Shown here: one piece after another, positions 54,987 to 62,394 of the stretch | How positions within the stretch are numbered: position 1 is the stretch's first letter | Layout of the letters: the number at the start of each line of letters is the position of its first letter | Source: Candidatus Giovannonibacteria bacterium RIFCSPHIGHO2_12_FULL_44_22 | Lineage (GTDB): Bacteria > Patescibacteriota > Minisyncoccia > UBA11713 > 2-01-FULL-45-33 | Reading direction: 5' to 3' | Length of the DNA: 64,000 nucleotides | Assembly (NCBI GenBank): GCA_001778695.1 | Contig: MFHU01000003.1 | Coordinates: 1,521-65,520, forward strand | Position numbers and translations under genes: made by a program | Notes under the pieces: generated by a model | The model's input: only the letters and a program-made list of their open reading frames with translations | Told to the model about the DNA's origin: nothing | Databases searched by the model: none

Positions 54987-55272
54987 CCCCCACACCAACT
55001 TATGTTTTATGTGTATGTTCTGAAAAGCAAGAAAGATGGCGAGTTTTACATTGGCTCTACCAACGATTTACGTAGAAGGTTTAAAGAACATAATGATGGA
55101 AAGGTTTTTTCAACAAAATCTCACATACCATTTGAAATTATTTATTACGAGGCGTATAAAAAAGAGGAAGATGCTAGACGCAGAGAATCAAATCTGAAGT
55201 TGCGATCGCGAGCCTTTGCACAACTTAAGAAACGAATAGGCGCATCTTCCAAAACATAAGTTGGTGTGGGGG
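54987..55272 (+). mobile_element. 286-bp TIR-bounded element encoding only a GIY-YIG nuclease
   Basis: Perfect 22-bp IRs CCCCCACACCAACTTATGTTTT (54987-55008) and AAAACATAAGTTGGTGTGGGGG (55251-55272); CCTA duplicated on both flanks. Confidence 0.85.
55002..55259 (+). CDS. GIY-YIG nuclease (UPF0213/SLX1-like, 85 aa)
   Basis: MFYVYVL...FYIGSTNDLRRRFKEHN...YYEAY...ARRRESNLK; true start is ATG 55002 inside the longer track ORF. Confidence 0.93.
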   Translation: MFYVYVLKSKKDGEFYIGSTNDLRRRFKEHNDGKVFSTKSHIPFEIIYYEAYKKEEDARRRESNLKLRSRAFAQLKKRIGASSKT

Positions 55273-55340
55273 CCTATAGTAAAATGGTATTACGCGTCCA
55301 TGGCATGGACGAGGTGCGAGTTCGATTCTCGCTAGGTCCA
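55270..55340 (+). tRNA. tRNA-Ala(GGC)
   Basis: GGGCCTA...TAGGTCC-A with G3:U70; CGTCC-ATGGCAT-GGACG. Confidence 0.93.
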
Positions 55341-55365
55341 AAACAATAAATTATTATTTTATCAA

Positions 55366-55395
55366 CCTCCACACCAACACATTTTGGTGTGGGGG
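55366..55395. mobile_element. 30-bp non-autonomous copy of the GIY-YIG element ends
   Basis: TCAA[CCTCCACACCAA-CACATT-TTGGTGTGGGGG]TCAA. Confidence 0.8.
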
Positions 55396-55442
55396 TCAAG
55401 ATAGCGGGTAGAGAAAAGTTATGGTATTTTAAATTTATTAAT

Positions 55443-56027
55443 ATGTATTTGGATTTGAAGACAAATTTCGCGGATCTCGCGGACGATGAAATTCTGAAGA
55501 AGTCACAGGACAATCCTTCGCTTTTTTCGGTTTTGATTGATAAATACCAGCTTCCTTTCGTGAGAAAAGCGCAGGGAATAGTCCACTCCAAAGAGGAAGC
55601 CGAAGACATTGTGCAGGAGACTTTCACCAAAATTTATTTAAACGCGGGAAAATTTAAAAAACAGCCGGGCGTGGAATTTAAAAGCTGGGCCTGGCGGATT
55701 TTGGTGAATACTTCACTTACTCATTATAGAAAGCTCAAAAAAAGTTTCGGAGACGTAGGTTATCTGGACGAAATTTTGGCGGACGACGAAAAAACCGAAT
55801 CGCTTTTTTCCATGGAAGATAATCTGGACAGAAACGAGAATATAGGCGAGGTGCGTGAGGCGATTGAGAAAATGCCTTCCGAGGCGGCCGAGCTTTTGCG
55901 GGCGCATTATGTGGAGGACCGGCCTTACGCCGAAATTGCCAGAAAACAGGGGATTTCCATAGGCGCTTTAAAGATGAAACTTTTTCGCGCGCGCAAGGTT
56001 TTAAAGGATATCATGAAGCAGGCTTAA
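55443..56027 (+). CDS. ECF-family sigma factor
   Basis: AEDIVQETFTKIY, FKSWAWRI..N and YAEIA...GALKMKLFRAR motifs. Confidence 0.93.
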   Translation: MYLDLKTNFADLADDEILKKSQDNPSLFSVLIDKYQLPFVRKAQGIVHSKEEAEDIVQETFTKIYLNAGKFKKQPGVEFKSWAWRILVNTSLTHYRKLKKSFGDVGYLDEILADDEKTESLFSMEDNLDRNENIGEVREAIEKMPSEAAELLRAHYVEDRPYAEIARKQGISIGALKMKLFRARKVLKDIMKQA

Positions 56028-56031
56028 ACTG

Positions 56032-56388
56032 ATGGCTAACGATCTAAAAAAGCGAATAATGAGGCGGGTTTACGGGATTTGGTTCGTCAAACGGGTCATT
56101 CCCATGGCTGGCGGTAGCGCTCTTTTTATGGGTATTGCCATGAAAGAGACAGCCGGTAGGTTTTTTGTGGCCAAAATCTTCTCCAATTTTATGGAAGTGG
56201 CCGGAACCAACGCTTGGGCGATTCCAAATTTCATCGCTTCGGCATTAAATAAACTTGAGCCTTCGGCGCTGGTTTTGACGGCTGGAGCCGGATTGGTTGG
56301 TTTTGTCTTGGCGGTAAAGTTATTGCGAAGCATTAGAGTAATGTCGCAAAATCCAGGAATGGTACGCGCCGCGTACGCCAAGAAGTAA
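56032..56388 (+). CDS. Membrane protein, possible anti-sigma partner
   Basis: Starts 4 nt after the ECF sigma stop; LKKRIMRRV followed by two TM helices. Confidence 0.7.
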   Translation: MANDLKKRIMRRVYGIWFVKRVIPMAGGSALFMGIAMKETAGRFFVAKIFSNFMEVAGTNAWAIPNFIASALNKLEPSALVLTAGAGLVGFVLAVKLLRSIRVMSQNPGMVRAAYAKK

Positions 56389-56418
56389 TTTAATTTGAAA
56401 GGTCGTTTTTAATAAATT

Positions 56419-56453
56419 AAGAAAATCTCCGCAAGAGCGGAGGTTTTCTTTTT
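56419..56453 (+). terminator. Intrinsic terminator
   Basis: AAGAAAATCTCCGC-AAGA-GCGGAGGTTTTCTT followed by TTT. Confidence 0.75.
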
Positions 56454-56479
56454 GGTAAAAAGTTGTATAATTTCAAAAT

Positions 56480-56552
56480 CCGCCCATAGCTCAATTGGCA
56501 GAGCAGGTCCCTCTTAAGGACAAGGTTGTAGGTTCAACTCCTACTGGGCGGA
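56480..56552 (+). tRNA. tRNA-Lys(CTT)
   Basis: CCGCCCA...TGGGCGG-A; anticodon loop CTCTTAA. Confidence 0.92.
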
Positions 56553-56560
56553 AAAATATT

Positions 56561-56648
56561 GGAGGTGTGGCTGAGTGGTTGAAGGCGCCGCTCTCGAAAA
56601 GCGGTGTCGCCGACAAGGCGACCGGAGGTTCGAATCCTCCCACCTCCG
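56561..56648 (+). tRNA. tRNA-Ser(CGA)
   Basis: GGAGGTG...CACCTCC-G; long variable arm; loop CTCGAAA. Confidence 0.95.
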
Positions 56649-56665
56649 AAAATAAATTAAAATAA

Positions 56666-57202
56666 ATGAAACAAAATTTAAAAAAAGAATTTATGGAATT
56701 TGAAATATTGGCTTGGTCGATAATAGCTGGTTTTTCGAGAGGCATAAATATATATAAAAACAACACAGAGGATTTTAACAAGGCAGAGTTCAAAAAATTT
56801 TTAAAGAAAGAGCTTCGTGATAGATTTGGAAACAATTACCATACTGATTCAAAGACTCATATTAAAAAGCTAAGCAAATTAAAAGAAGATATCGATAGAA
56901 AATTTGGTAAAATATTGGATAACGGAGAGCAAATTTATTTCGGTCGGGTACAAAAAATTGTAAATCTTTATCTTAAATACCGTTGGGTATGTTTTAATGA
57001 ACGCAAACCTGTCCATTGCCCCTTCGATTCCAATATTTTGAATGAGTTGGGTTTGTTTGGTATTAGATTTACTAGAATGACAGAAGATCAGTATAGAGAA
57101 GCTATAAAAAAAGTTGAAGAAAAAGCTAACAGATTTGAGAATATTGCTGAATGGGAAATAAAAGTATTTAATAGTAAAAATCCGTTTTATCAGAACTTAT
57201 AG
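56666..57202 (+). CDS. Hypothetical protein (AT-rich)
   Basis: GRVQKIVNLYLKY...HCPFDSNIL; follows tRNA-Ser. Confidence 0.7.
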   Translation: MKQNLKKEFMEFEILAWSIIAGFSRGINIYKNNTEDFNKAEFKKFLKKELRDRFGNNYHTDSKTHIKKLSKLKEDIDRKFGKILDNGEQIYFGRVQKIVNLYLKYRWVCFNERKPVHCPFDSNILNELGLFGIRFTRMTEDQYREAIKKVEEKANRFENIAEWEIKVFNSKNPFYQNL

Positions 57203-57246
57203 TATTTTCTTTTAATCTGTTTTTATGTTAAGCTTTTTATATTCAA

Positions 57247-57723
57247 ATGAACCAGCTGATAAACTTATTCGCTAAATACGGGTTTTATTTTTTTCTGGGG
57301 CTTTTGGCGCTGGAGGCGACCACTTTGATATGGATGTTTGTTTTGCGCAAGAATTTCAGAAAAATTTTCGGCGGCTCTCCGGCAGGCGGAGTGAATCTGG
57401 AAAAAATCCTTTTGGAACTGCGGGAAAACCAGAATATCTCGGCTGTAAATTTTGATGAGCTGAAAAAGAGAATCGAGATTTTAGAAGAAGCTTTGCCAAA
57501 AAATTTAAGAAAAATCGGGCTCGTGAGATACAATCCATTTTCCGACGCCGGCGGCGACCAAAGCTTCGCTTTAGCATTGCTTAATGAAAAAAATGACGGC
57601 TTAATAATTTCATCGCTTTACGGCCGGGAAATGAACCGCGTTTACGCCAAGCCGATTATGAACGGCGTCTCACAATATCAATTAACAGACGAGGAAAAAG
57701 AGGCGATACAAAATGCACAATGA
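57247..57723 (+). CDS. DUF4446-family protein
   Basis: GLVRYNPFSDAGGDQSFALALL...RVYAKPI...LTDEEKEAI. Confidence 0.88.
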   Translation: MNQLINLFAKYGFYFFLGLLALEATTLIWMFVLRKNFRKIFGGSPAGGVNLEKILLELRENQNISAVNFDELKKRIEILEEALPKNLRKIGLVRYNPFSDAGGDQSFALALLNEKNDGLIISSLYGREMNRVYAKPIMNGVSQYQLTDEEKEAIQNAQ

Positions 57724-59261
57724 AAGAAGAAACAAAAAAAATCTCGCGCCCGCCGATCGTGGTAATAATGGGCCATATTGACCATGGCAAGACCACGCTT
57801 TTGGATTACATCAGAAAATCCAGCGTCGCGGCTTCGGAAGCGGGAGGCATCACTCAGCATATTGGCGCTTATGAAGTGAAAATCCCGACGCCAGCTAACG
57901 CTGGGTCGGAACCCCGACCGCAAGCGTCGGGGATCACTTTTCTGGACACGCCGGGGCATGAAGCTTTTTCTAAAATGCGATCCCGCGGCGCGAAAGTTGC
58001 CGACATTGCTATTTTAGTTGTGGCGGCGGACGACGGAGTGAAGCCCCAAACCAAGGAAGCGTTGGAAGCAATAAAAAATGCCGCGATTCCATTTATGGTG
58101 GCGATTAATAAAATAGACAAGCCAGCGGTGGATTTGGAAAAAGTAAAAAACGAACTGGCGGAACAGCAAGTTTTCTTGGAAGGGCGGGGAGGAACGGTTC
58201 CCTGCGCCGAAATTTCGGCAAAACAAGGAATCGGAGTTGACCATCTTTTGGAAATAATTTTACTTTTGGCCGAGATGGAAGATATCACAGCCGATCCGAA
58301 AAGTTTCGCTTCCGGCTTGGTGATAGAATCGCACAGGGACCCCAAAAGAGGCGTCACCTCAACTTTGCTTATCATAAATGGCACGCTGAAAAAAGGGGAA
58401 TACGTGGCGGCCGGGGAAGCCGTGGCCAAGGTCAAGATTTTGGAAAATTTCAAAGGCGAGGCGATGGATTTGGCAGGGCCATCCCAGCCAGCGGTGGTTG
58501 TCGGCTTTGATAAAACTCCACAAGTTGGGGCGGAATTCAAAACTTTTTTTTCGCAAAAAGACGCTTTACTGGCTTCTTCGGTATCGGTAGAAAAAAACGC
58601 GCCCAAAAAACAAAATGAAGCAAAAACCGCGGAGACTCCATCAACAATTCTAGGCGTGGTTATAAAAACCGATGTTTTGGGCTCGGCTGAAGCTATTTTG
58701 CATGAAATTGAAAAACTGAAAAACGAAAAACTTGACCTTAAAATTTTGCGCGCCGGAGCCGGTGATTTGTCCGAAGACGATATTAAAATGGCAGCTTCTT
58801 CCGCCCTGCCCCTAGCTGTCGCTTTTAAAGTTGAGATTTCTGCGGCCACCCGGGAGCTGGCTCGGCGCATGGGAGTGGAGATTGCCGAATTCGAAATTAT
58901 TTATGACGTCGCTGATTTTTTGAAAAAGAAAATTGAAGCAATTTTGCCCAAGGAGGAAAATAAAATTCTTTTGGGGCGCGCCAAGATTTTAAAAATTTTT
59001 CACGCCAAAGCCGCGACTGCGCCGCGGGGGCAGATTATCGGCGGGAAAGTATCAGAGGGAGTTTTGAAAAAGGGAGCTGTTTTTGATGTTTTAAGGCGCA
59101 ATAAAAAAATCGGCGAAGGTAAAATTGAAAATCTGCAGCAGGGGAAAATCAATATCCCTGAGGTTCCGGCGGGCGGGGAATTCGGGGCGCTGGCAAATTC
59201 CAAAATTTCAATAGCCGAAGGAGATGAATTGGAAACCTTTTCCGCCAAAGGCGGAGAATAA
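57720..59261 (+). CDS. infB: Translation initiation factor IF-2 (short form)
   Basis: RPPIVVIMGHIDHGKTTLLD, GGITQHIGAY, DTPGHEAF and NKID motifs. Confidence 0.97.
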   Translation: MKEETKKISRPPIVVIMGHIDHGKTTLLDYIRKSSVAASEAGGITQHIGAYEVKIPTPANAGSEPRPQASGITFLDTPGHEAFSKMRSRGAKVADIAILVVAADDGVKPQTKEALEAIKNAAIPFMVAINKIDKPAVDLEKVKNELAEQQVFLEGRGGTVPCAEISAKQGIGVDHLLEIILLLAEMEDITADPKSFASGLVIESHRDPKRGVTSTLLIINGTLKKGEYVAAGEAVAKVKILENFKGEAMDLAGPSQPAVVVGFDKTPQVGAEFKTFFSQKDALLASSVSVEKNAPKKQNEAKTAETPSTILGVVIKTDVLGSAEAILHEIEKLKNEKLDLKILRAGAGDLSEDDIKMAASSALPLAVAFKVEISAATRELARRMGVEIAEFEIIYDVADFLKKKIEAILPKEENKILLGRAKILKIFHAKAATAPRGQIIGGKVSEGVLKKGAVFDVLRRNKKIGEGKIENLQQGKINIPEVPAGGEFGALANSKISIAEGDELETFSAKGGE

Positions 59262-59262
59262 A

Positions 59263-59598
59263 ATGGCGCACCAACAAGAAAGATTCGCGTCGTTTTTAAG
59301 AAAAGAAATTGCCGGATTTCTCCAGCAAAACACTCCGCATAATGAAGACGCGTTTATATCTGTAACCAGAGTTATTACAAAGGAGCGGTCGGACAAAGCC
59401 GATGTATTAATTTCTATTTTCCCGGATAAAAACGCTGACGCGATTTTTCACAACATAAAACGGATGGAAAAAAGCGCTCGCAAATACATTGCTTCCAGGT
59501 CGCGCCGGCATTTTATACCGCTGATTAAATTTGTTTTATACGGTGGAGACAAATCGGCTAACCTTGAAAATTTGTTGGAAAAAGTCAAGAATGAATAA
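59263..59598 (+). CDS. rbfA: Ribosome-binding factor A
   Basis: Follows infB; ISVTRV...ADVLIS...RHFIPLIKF. Confidence 0.78.
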   Translation: MAHQQERFASFLRKEIAGFLQQNTPHNEDAFISVTRVITKERSDKADVLISIFPDKNADAIFHNIKRMEKSARKYIASRSRRHFIPLIKFVLYGGDKSANLENLLEKVKNE

Positions 59599-59600
59599 AT

Positions 59601-59672
59601 GGCGCCGTAGCCAAGTGGTAAGGCAAGGGACTGCAAATCCCTTATACGAGGGTTCAATTCCCTCCGGCGCCT
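59601..59672 (+). tRNA. tRNA-Cys(GCA)
   Basis: GGCGCCG...CGGCGCC-T; loop CTGCAAA. Confidence 0.95.
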
Positions 59673-59683
59673 CAAAATCTTTC

Positions 59684-59765
59684 GCCGGGGTGGTGAAATT
59701 GGCAGACACACTAGCTTTAGGAGCTAGCGCCGAAAGGCATGCGGGTCCAAATCCCGCCCCCGGCA
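59684..59765 (+). tRNA. tRNA-Leu(TAG)
   Basis: CTAGC-TTTAGGA-GCTAG; variable arm; T-loop reads TCCAAAT. Confidence 0.92.
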
Positions 59766-59772
59766 TTAGAAC

Positions 59773-59843
59773 GCGGCCATGGTTTAGTGGCAGAACATAT
59801 CCTTGCCAAGGATAGGATGGGGGTTCGATTCCCCCTGGCCGCA
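59773..59843 (+). tRNA. tRNA-Gly(GCC)
   Basis: GCGGCCA...TGGCCGC-A; loop TTGCCAA. Confidence 0.95.
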
Positions 59844-59906
59844 AAAAATTAGAAAAATAAAACTTAAAATCGTGACTATGCCAGCTTTCGGTTGTTATTA
59901 TAAAAT

Positions 59907-60185
59907 ATGGCTCAAAAAAGAATAACCGCCCGCATCGCGGGGCGGGTGCAGATGGTAATGTTTCGGGATTTCGCTTCCAGAAAAGCGCGGGGGTTGGGGC
60001 TCACGGGATTTGTAAAAAATGACGCCGACGGAAGCGTAAAAGTTGTGGCGGAGGGCGATGAGGACGTTCTTAAGCAATTTATTGAGTTATTGCGCGAAGG
60101 GCCTCTCTTTGCTAAAGTAGAAAACATTATGGTTGATTGGGAAGAGCCGACTTTTGAATTTACTTCGTTTGAAATTATCTATTAA
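59907..60185 (+). CDS. acyP: Acylphosphatase
   Basis: GRVQMVMFR, GFVKNDADGSVKVVAEG and GP..AKV motifs. Confidence 0.93.
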   Translation: MAQKRITARIAGRVQMVMFRDFASRKARGLGLTGFVKNDADGSVKVVAEGDEDVLKQFIELLREGPLFAKVENIMVDWEEPTFEFTSFEIIY

Positions 60186-60205
60186 ATTAAACAATTTTCA
60201 CGGTT

Positions 60206-60874
60206 ATGAATTGCATCGGCATTATTATGGACGGCAACCGGCGATGGGCAAAAGAAAAAAACCTCCCGCAATTTGCTGGCCACGAAGCAGGTTATCAAAA
60301 ATTACTTGAAGTTCTAGGGTGGGCGCGCGAAGCCGGAGCGCGCAATTTGATTGTCTACGCGTTTTCCACGGAAAACTGGAACCGTCCCGATGAAGAAGTT
60401 TCATATCTAATGAAGCTGATTGAGATGGTTATTGAAGAGCGCGTCCAAAAAATCGCGGAAGAAAAGGTGCGGGTTCGGTTCATTGGGGAACTTGATAAAT
60501 TTCCCGAGCGCGTTAGGAAAAGCATGAGAGTGCTTGAAGAAAAAACTGCAATTTTTAAAGAGTACACTTTGGGAATCGCTGTTTCTTACGGAGGAAAAGC
60601 GGAAATCATCTCCGCTGTAAAGCGCCTCCCGCAGAATATTATGCAAAATTTGACCGAAGAAGAATTTTCAAAATATTTATGGACCGGCGATTTTCCGGAT
60701 CCGGAGCTTATCATACGCACCGGCGGGCAAAAACGCCTTTCTAATTTTCTTTTGTGGCGGGCCGCTTATTCCGAACTTTATTTTACCGATACCTATTGGC
60801 CGGCACTTTCTAAAGAAGAATTTTTATCGGCAATAAAATTTTTCGCCGGAACCCAGCGCAATTTCGGGAAATAA
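60206..60874 (+). CDS. uppS: Undecaprenyl/polyprenyl diphosphate synthase
   Basis: IMDGNRRWA, YAFSTENWNR and IRTGGQKRLSNFLLW motifs. Confidence 0.96.
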   Translation: MNCIGIIMDGNRRWAKEKNLPQFAGHEAGYQKLLEVLGWAREAGARNLIVYAFSTENWNRPDEEVSYLMKLIEMVIEERVQKIAEEKVRVRFIGELDKFPERVRKSMRVLEEKTAIFKEYTLGIAVSYGGKAEIISAVKRLPQNIMQNLTEEEFSKYLWTGDFPDPELIIRTGGQKRLSNFLLWRAAYSELYFTDTYWPALSKEEFLSAIKFFAGTQRNFGK

Positions 60875-60886
60875 AAATTTACCATA

Positions 60887-60967
60887 TGCCGGAGGAGAGA
60901 TTCGAACTCTCACGCCTTTCGGCACTCGATCTTAAGTCGAGCGTGTCTGCCATTTCACCACTCCGGC
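60887..60967 (-). tRNA. tRNA-Leu(TAA)
   Basis: GCCGGAG...CTCCGGC-A; CTCGA-CTTAAGA-TCGAG. Confidence 0.95.
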
Positions 60968-61043
60968 AAAATTAGTGCGGAGAAAAAATTAACTATTCGC
61001 ATCCCGGTTGGCCTAACATGCCTGGCCCGCAACGGTTGAAGGT

Positions 61044-61286
61044 TCAAGTATTAAATAGCGTATTCCTGACTGCCGTAACAATTCCCCACATTGAGAGCAT
61101 CACAAAAAGCCCGACCAATCCGTAGATTATATATTTTTTCCCTTCCGCCAGTTTCTTTTCATCTCCTGAAGCAAGGATATATTGTATCACTCCCCACAAA
61201 AATGCAAGAGTGGCGACAATAAATAAAAGTCCAATCAGCTGATTGAGCACTAGGGTTATATTGCCGAAGAGTTTGGATATAGTCAT
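61044..61286 (-). CDS. VirB2/TrbC-like pilin
   Basis: TM-WGVIQYI.ASGDEKKL.EGKK.I.YGLVGL-TM. Confidence 0.85.
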   Translation of the reverse strand: MTISKLFGNITLVLNQLIGLLFIVATLAFLWGVIQYILASGDEKKLAEGKKYIIYGLVGLFVMLSMWGIVTAVRNTLFNT

Positions 61287-61287
61287 A

Positions 61288-61581
61288 TTAGGTGAAAAAA
61301 TTTTGTAATATGGCGATAATGGCTTTTACGGAAACCATAATCAAAAGGCCAAAAAGCCCCCATACAATATGTTTTTTCCCTCTGGCGCGAGTGGCGTAGC
61401 TTATGCTCCCGGATGAAGAAGTCTGGCCTGCCGAGGCTCCGGCGATAAACTCCACCACGCCGTAAAGAAACACCACCCCGCCCAAGACCAGAAGCAAATT
61501 AGTGATAGGGTCTAAAATGGATTGTTGTATAGTGACGATTAGTTCGTCAATGGTTTTAGCAGATGCTATGGCAATCATCAC
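61288..61581 (-). CDS. VirB2/TrbC-like pilin
   Basis: FLYGVVEFI...GKKHIVWGLFGL. Confidence 0.82.
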   Translation of the reverse strand: MMIAIASAKTIDELIVTIQQSILDPITNLLLVLGGVVFLYGVVEFIAGASAGQTSSSGSISYATRARGKKHIVWGLFGLLIMVSVKAIIAILQNFFT

Positions 61582-61593
61582 TTTGTTTGGTGA

Positions 61594-61944
61594 TTATGGC
61601 GAAGGCCTTACGTCTCCAGGACCCGGCGGGATTATTCCTCCTCCTACTCCGAATTGGGAAACCAGCGCTCGGACTACTCCCCAGATCGCCACCATAACGA
61701 AAAGGCCGATCAAGCCAAAAACTATAAATCTGCGCCCTTCGGTTAATTTTTCCTCGTCACCGCTCGCGGTAATATATCTGATAACGCCCCAAAGGAAAAC
61801 AATGGTGGCGATAATCATAAGAATCGGAATAACCCTGTTCAAAATGATTTCCGTTTGTTGAAGAATTGAGGTCACATCTGCGGCGTAGGCGAAAAGCGGC
61901 GCCAGCAATGCTGTTGAAAGCGAAATCTTAGCTAATGTTTTCAT
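61594..61944 (-). CDS. VirB2/TrbC-like pilin
   Basis: Signal peptide; WGVIRYITASGDEEKLTEGRR. Confidence 0.85.
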   Translation of the reverse strand: MKTLAKISLSTALLAPLFAYAADVTSILQQTEIILNRVIPILMIIATIVFLWGVIRYITASGDEEKLTEGRRFIVFGLIGLFVMVAIWGVVRALVSQFGVGGGIIPPGPGDVRPSP

Positions 61945-61946
61945 AA

Positions 61947-61980
61947 TACTAATCTACTAATTTATACTAATGCTACTAAT
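61947..61980. repeat. Four TACTAAT heptamers directly upstream of a pilin start
   Basis: Copies at 61947, 61955, 61965 and 61974. Confidence 0.7.
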
Positions 61981-62011
61981 AATTTTTTTACTAACTCGAC
62001 CTTTTTATATT

Positions 62012-62353
62012 TTATAATTTTTCGGCGAAATTTACTATAGCCGAGGCGATGGCATAAGCGCCCACTAAAATAGCCGTGCCCACTACTGTCCAGTAAAATG
62101 TGCCTTTGGCTTTTTTAAGCTGATCGTCGTTGCCTCTCGCGGTCACAAAAAGCAAGCCCGACCAGATAAGAAAAACCGTCGCTATGGGGATGCCTATTTT
62201 GGTAAGAAGCTGGGCGAATTTTTCCACAACCTGCCCGAAAGTCCCGGCGTTTATGGGATTAACCAGCATATATTCTTCCGCGTAAGCCGTGCCTATGTTT
62301 AACATAGCATAAATTATAGAAAAAAGGAAGATTTTTGTTTTGTTTATAAACAT
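62012..62353 (-). CDS. VirB2/TrbC-like pilin
   Basis: LVNPI, WSGLLFVTARGNDDQLKKAK..YWTVVG. Confidence 0.85.
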   Translation of the reverse strand: MFINKTKIFLFSIIYAMLNIGTAYAEEYMLVNPINAGTFGQVVEKFAQLLTKIGIPIATVFLIWSGLLFVTARGNDDQLKKAKGTFYWTVVGTAILVGAYAIASAIVNFAEKL

Positions 62354-62394
62354 GGTTTTATTATAACTCATTTTTATAGTTATTATAATTAAAT

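Noticed and set aside
54741-55001. Track ORF suggesting a 172-aa protein with a long N-terminal extension on the GIY-YIG domain
   Set aside because: The extension overlaps the DUF5652-like gene in another frame and crosses the element boundary; ATG 55002 gives a typical family start.
57869-58870. 333-aa minus-strand ORF
   Set aside because: Antisense shadow of infB with no independent motifs.
60991-61043. Possible ncRNA between the pilin array and tRNA-Leu
   Set aside because: GC-rich but no stable fold or SRP/riboswitch consensus that I could support.
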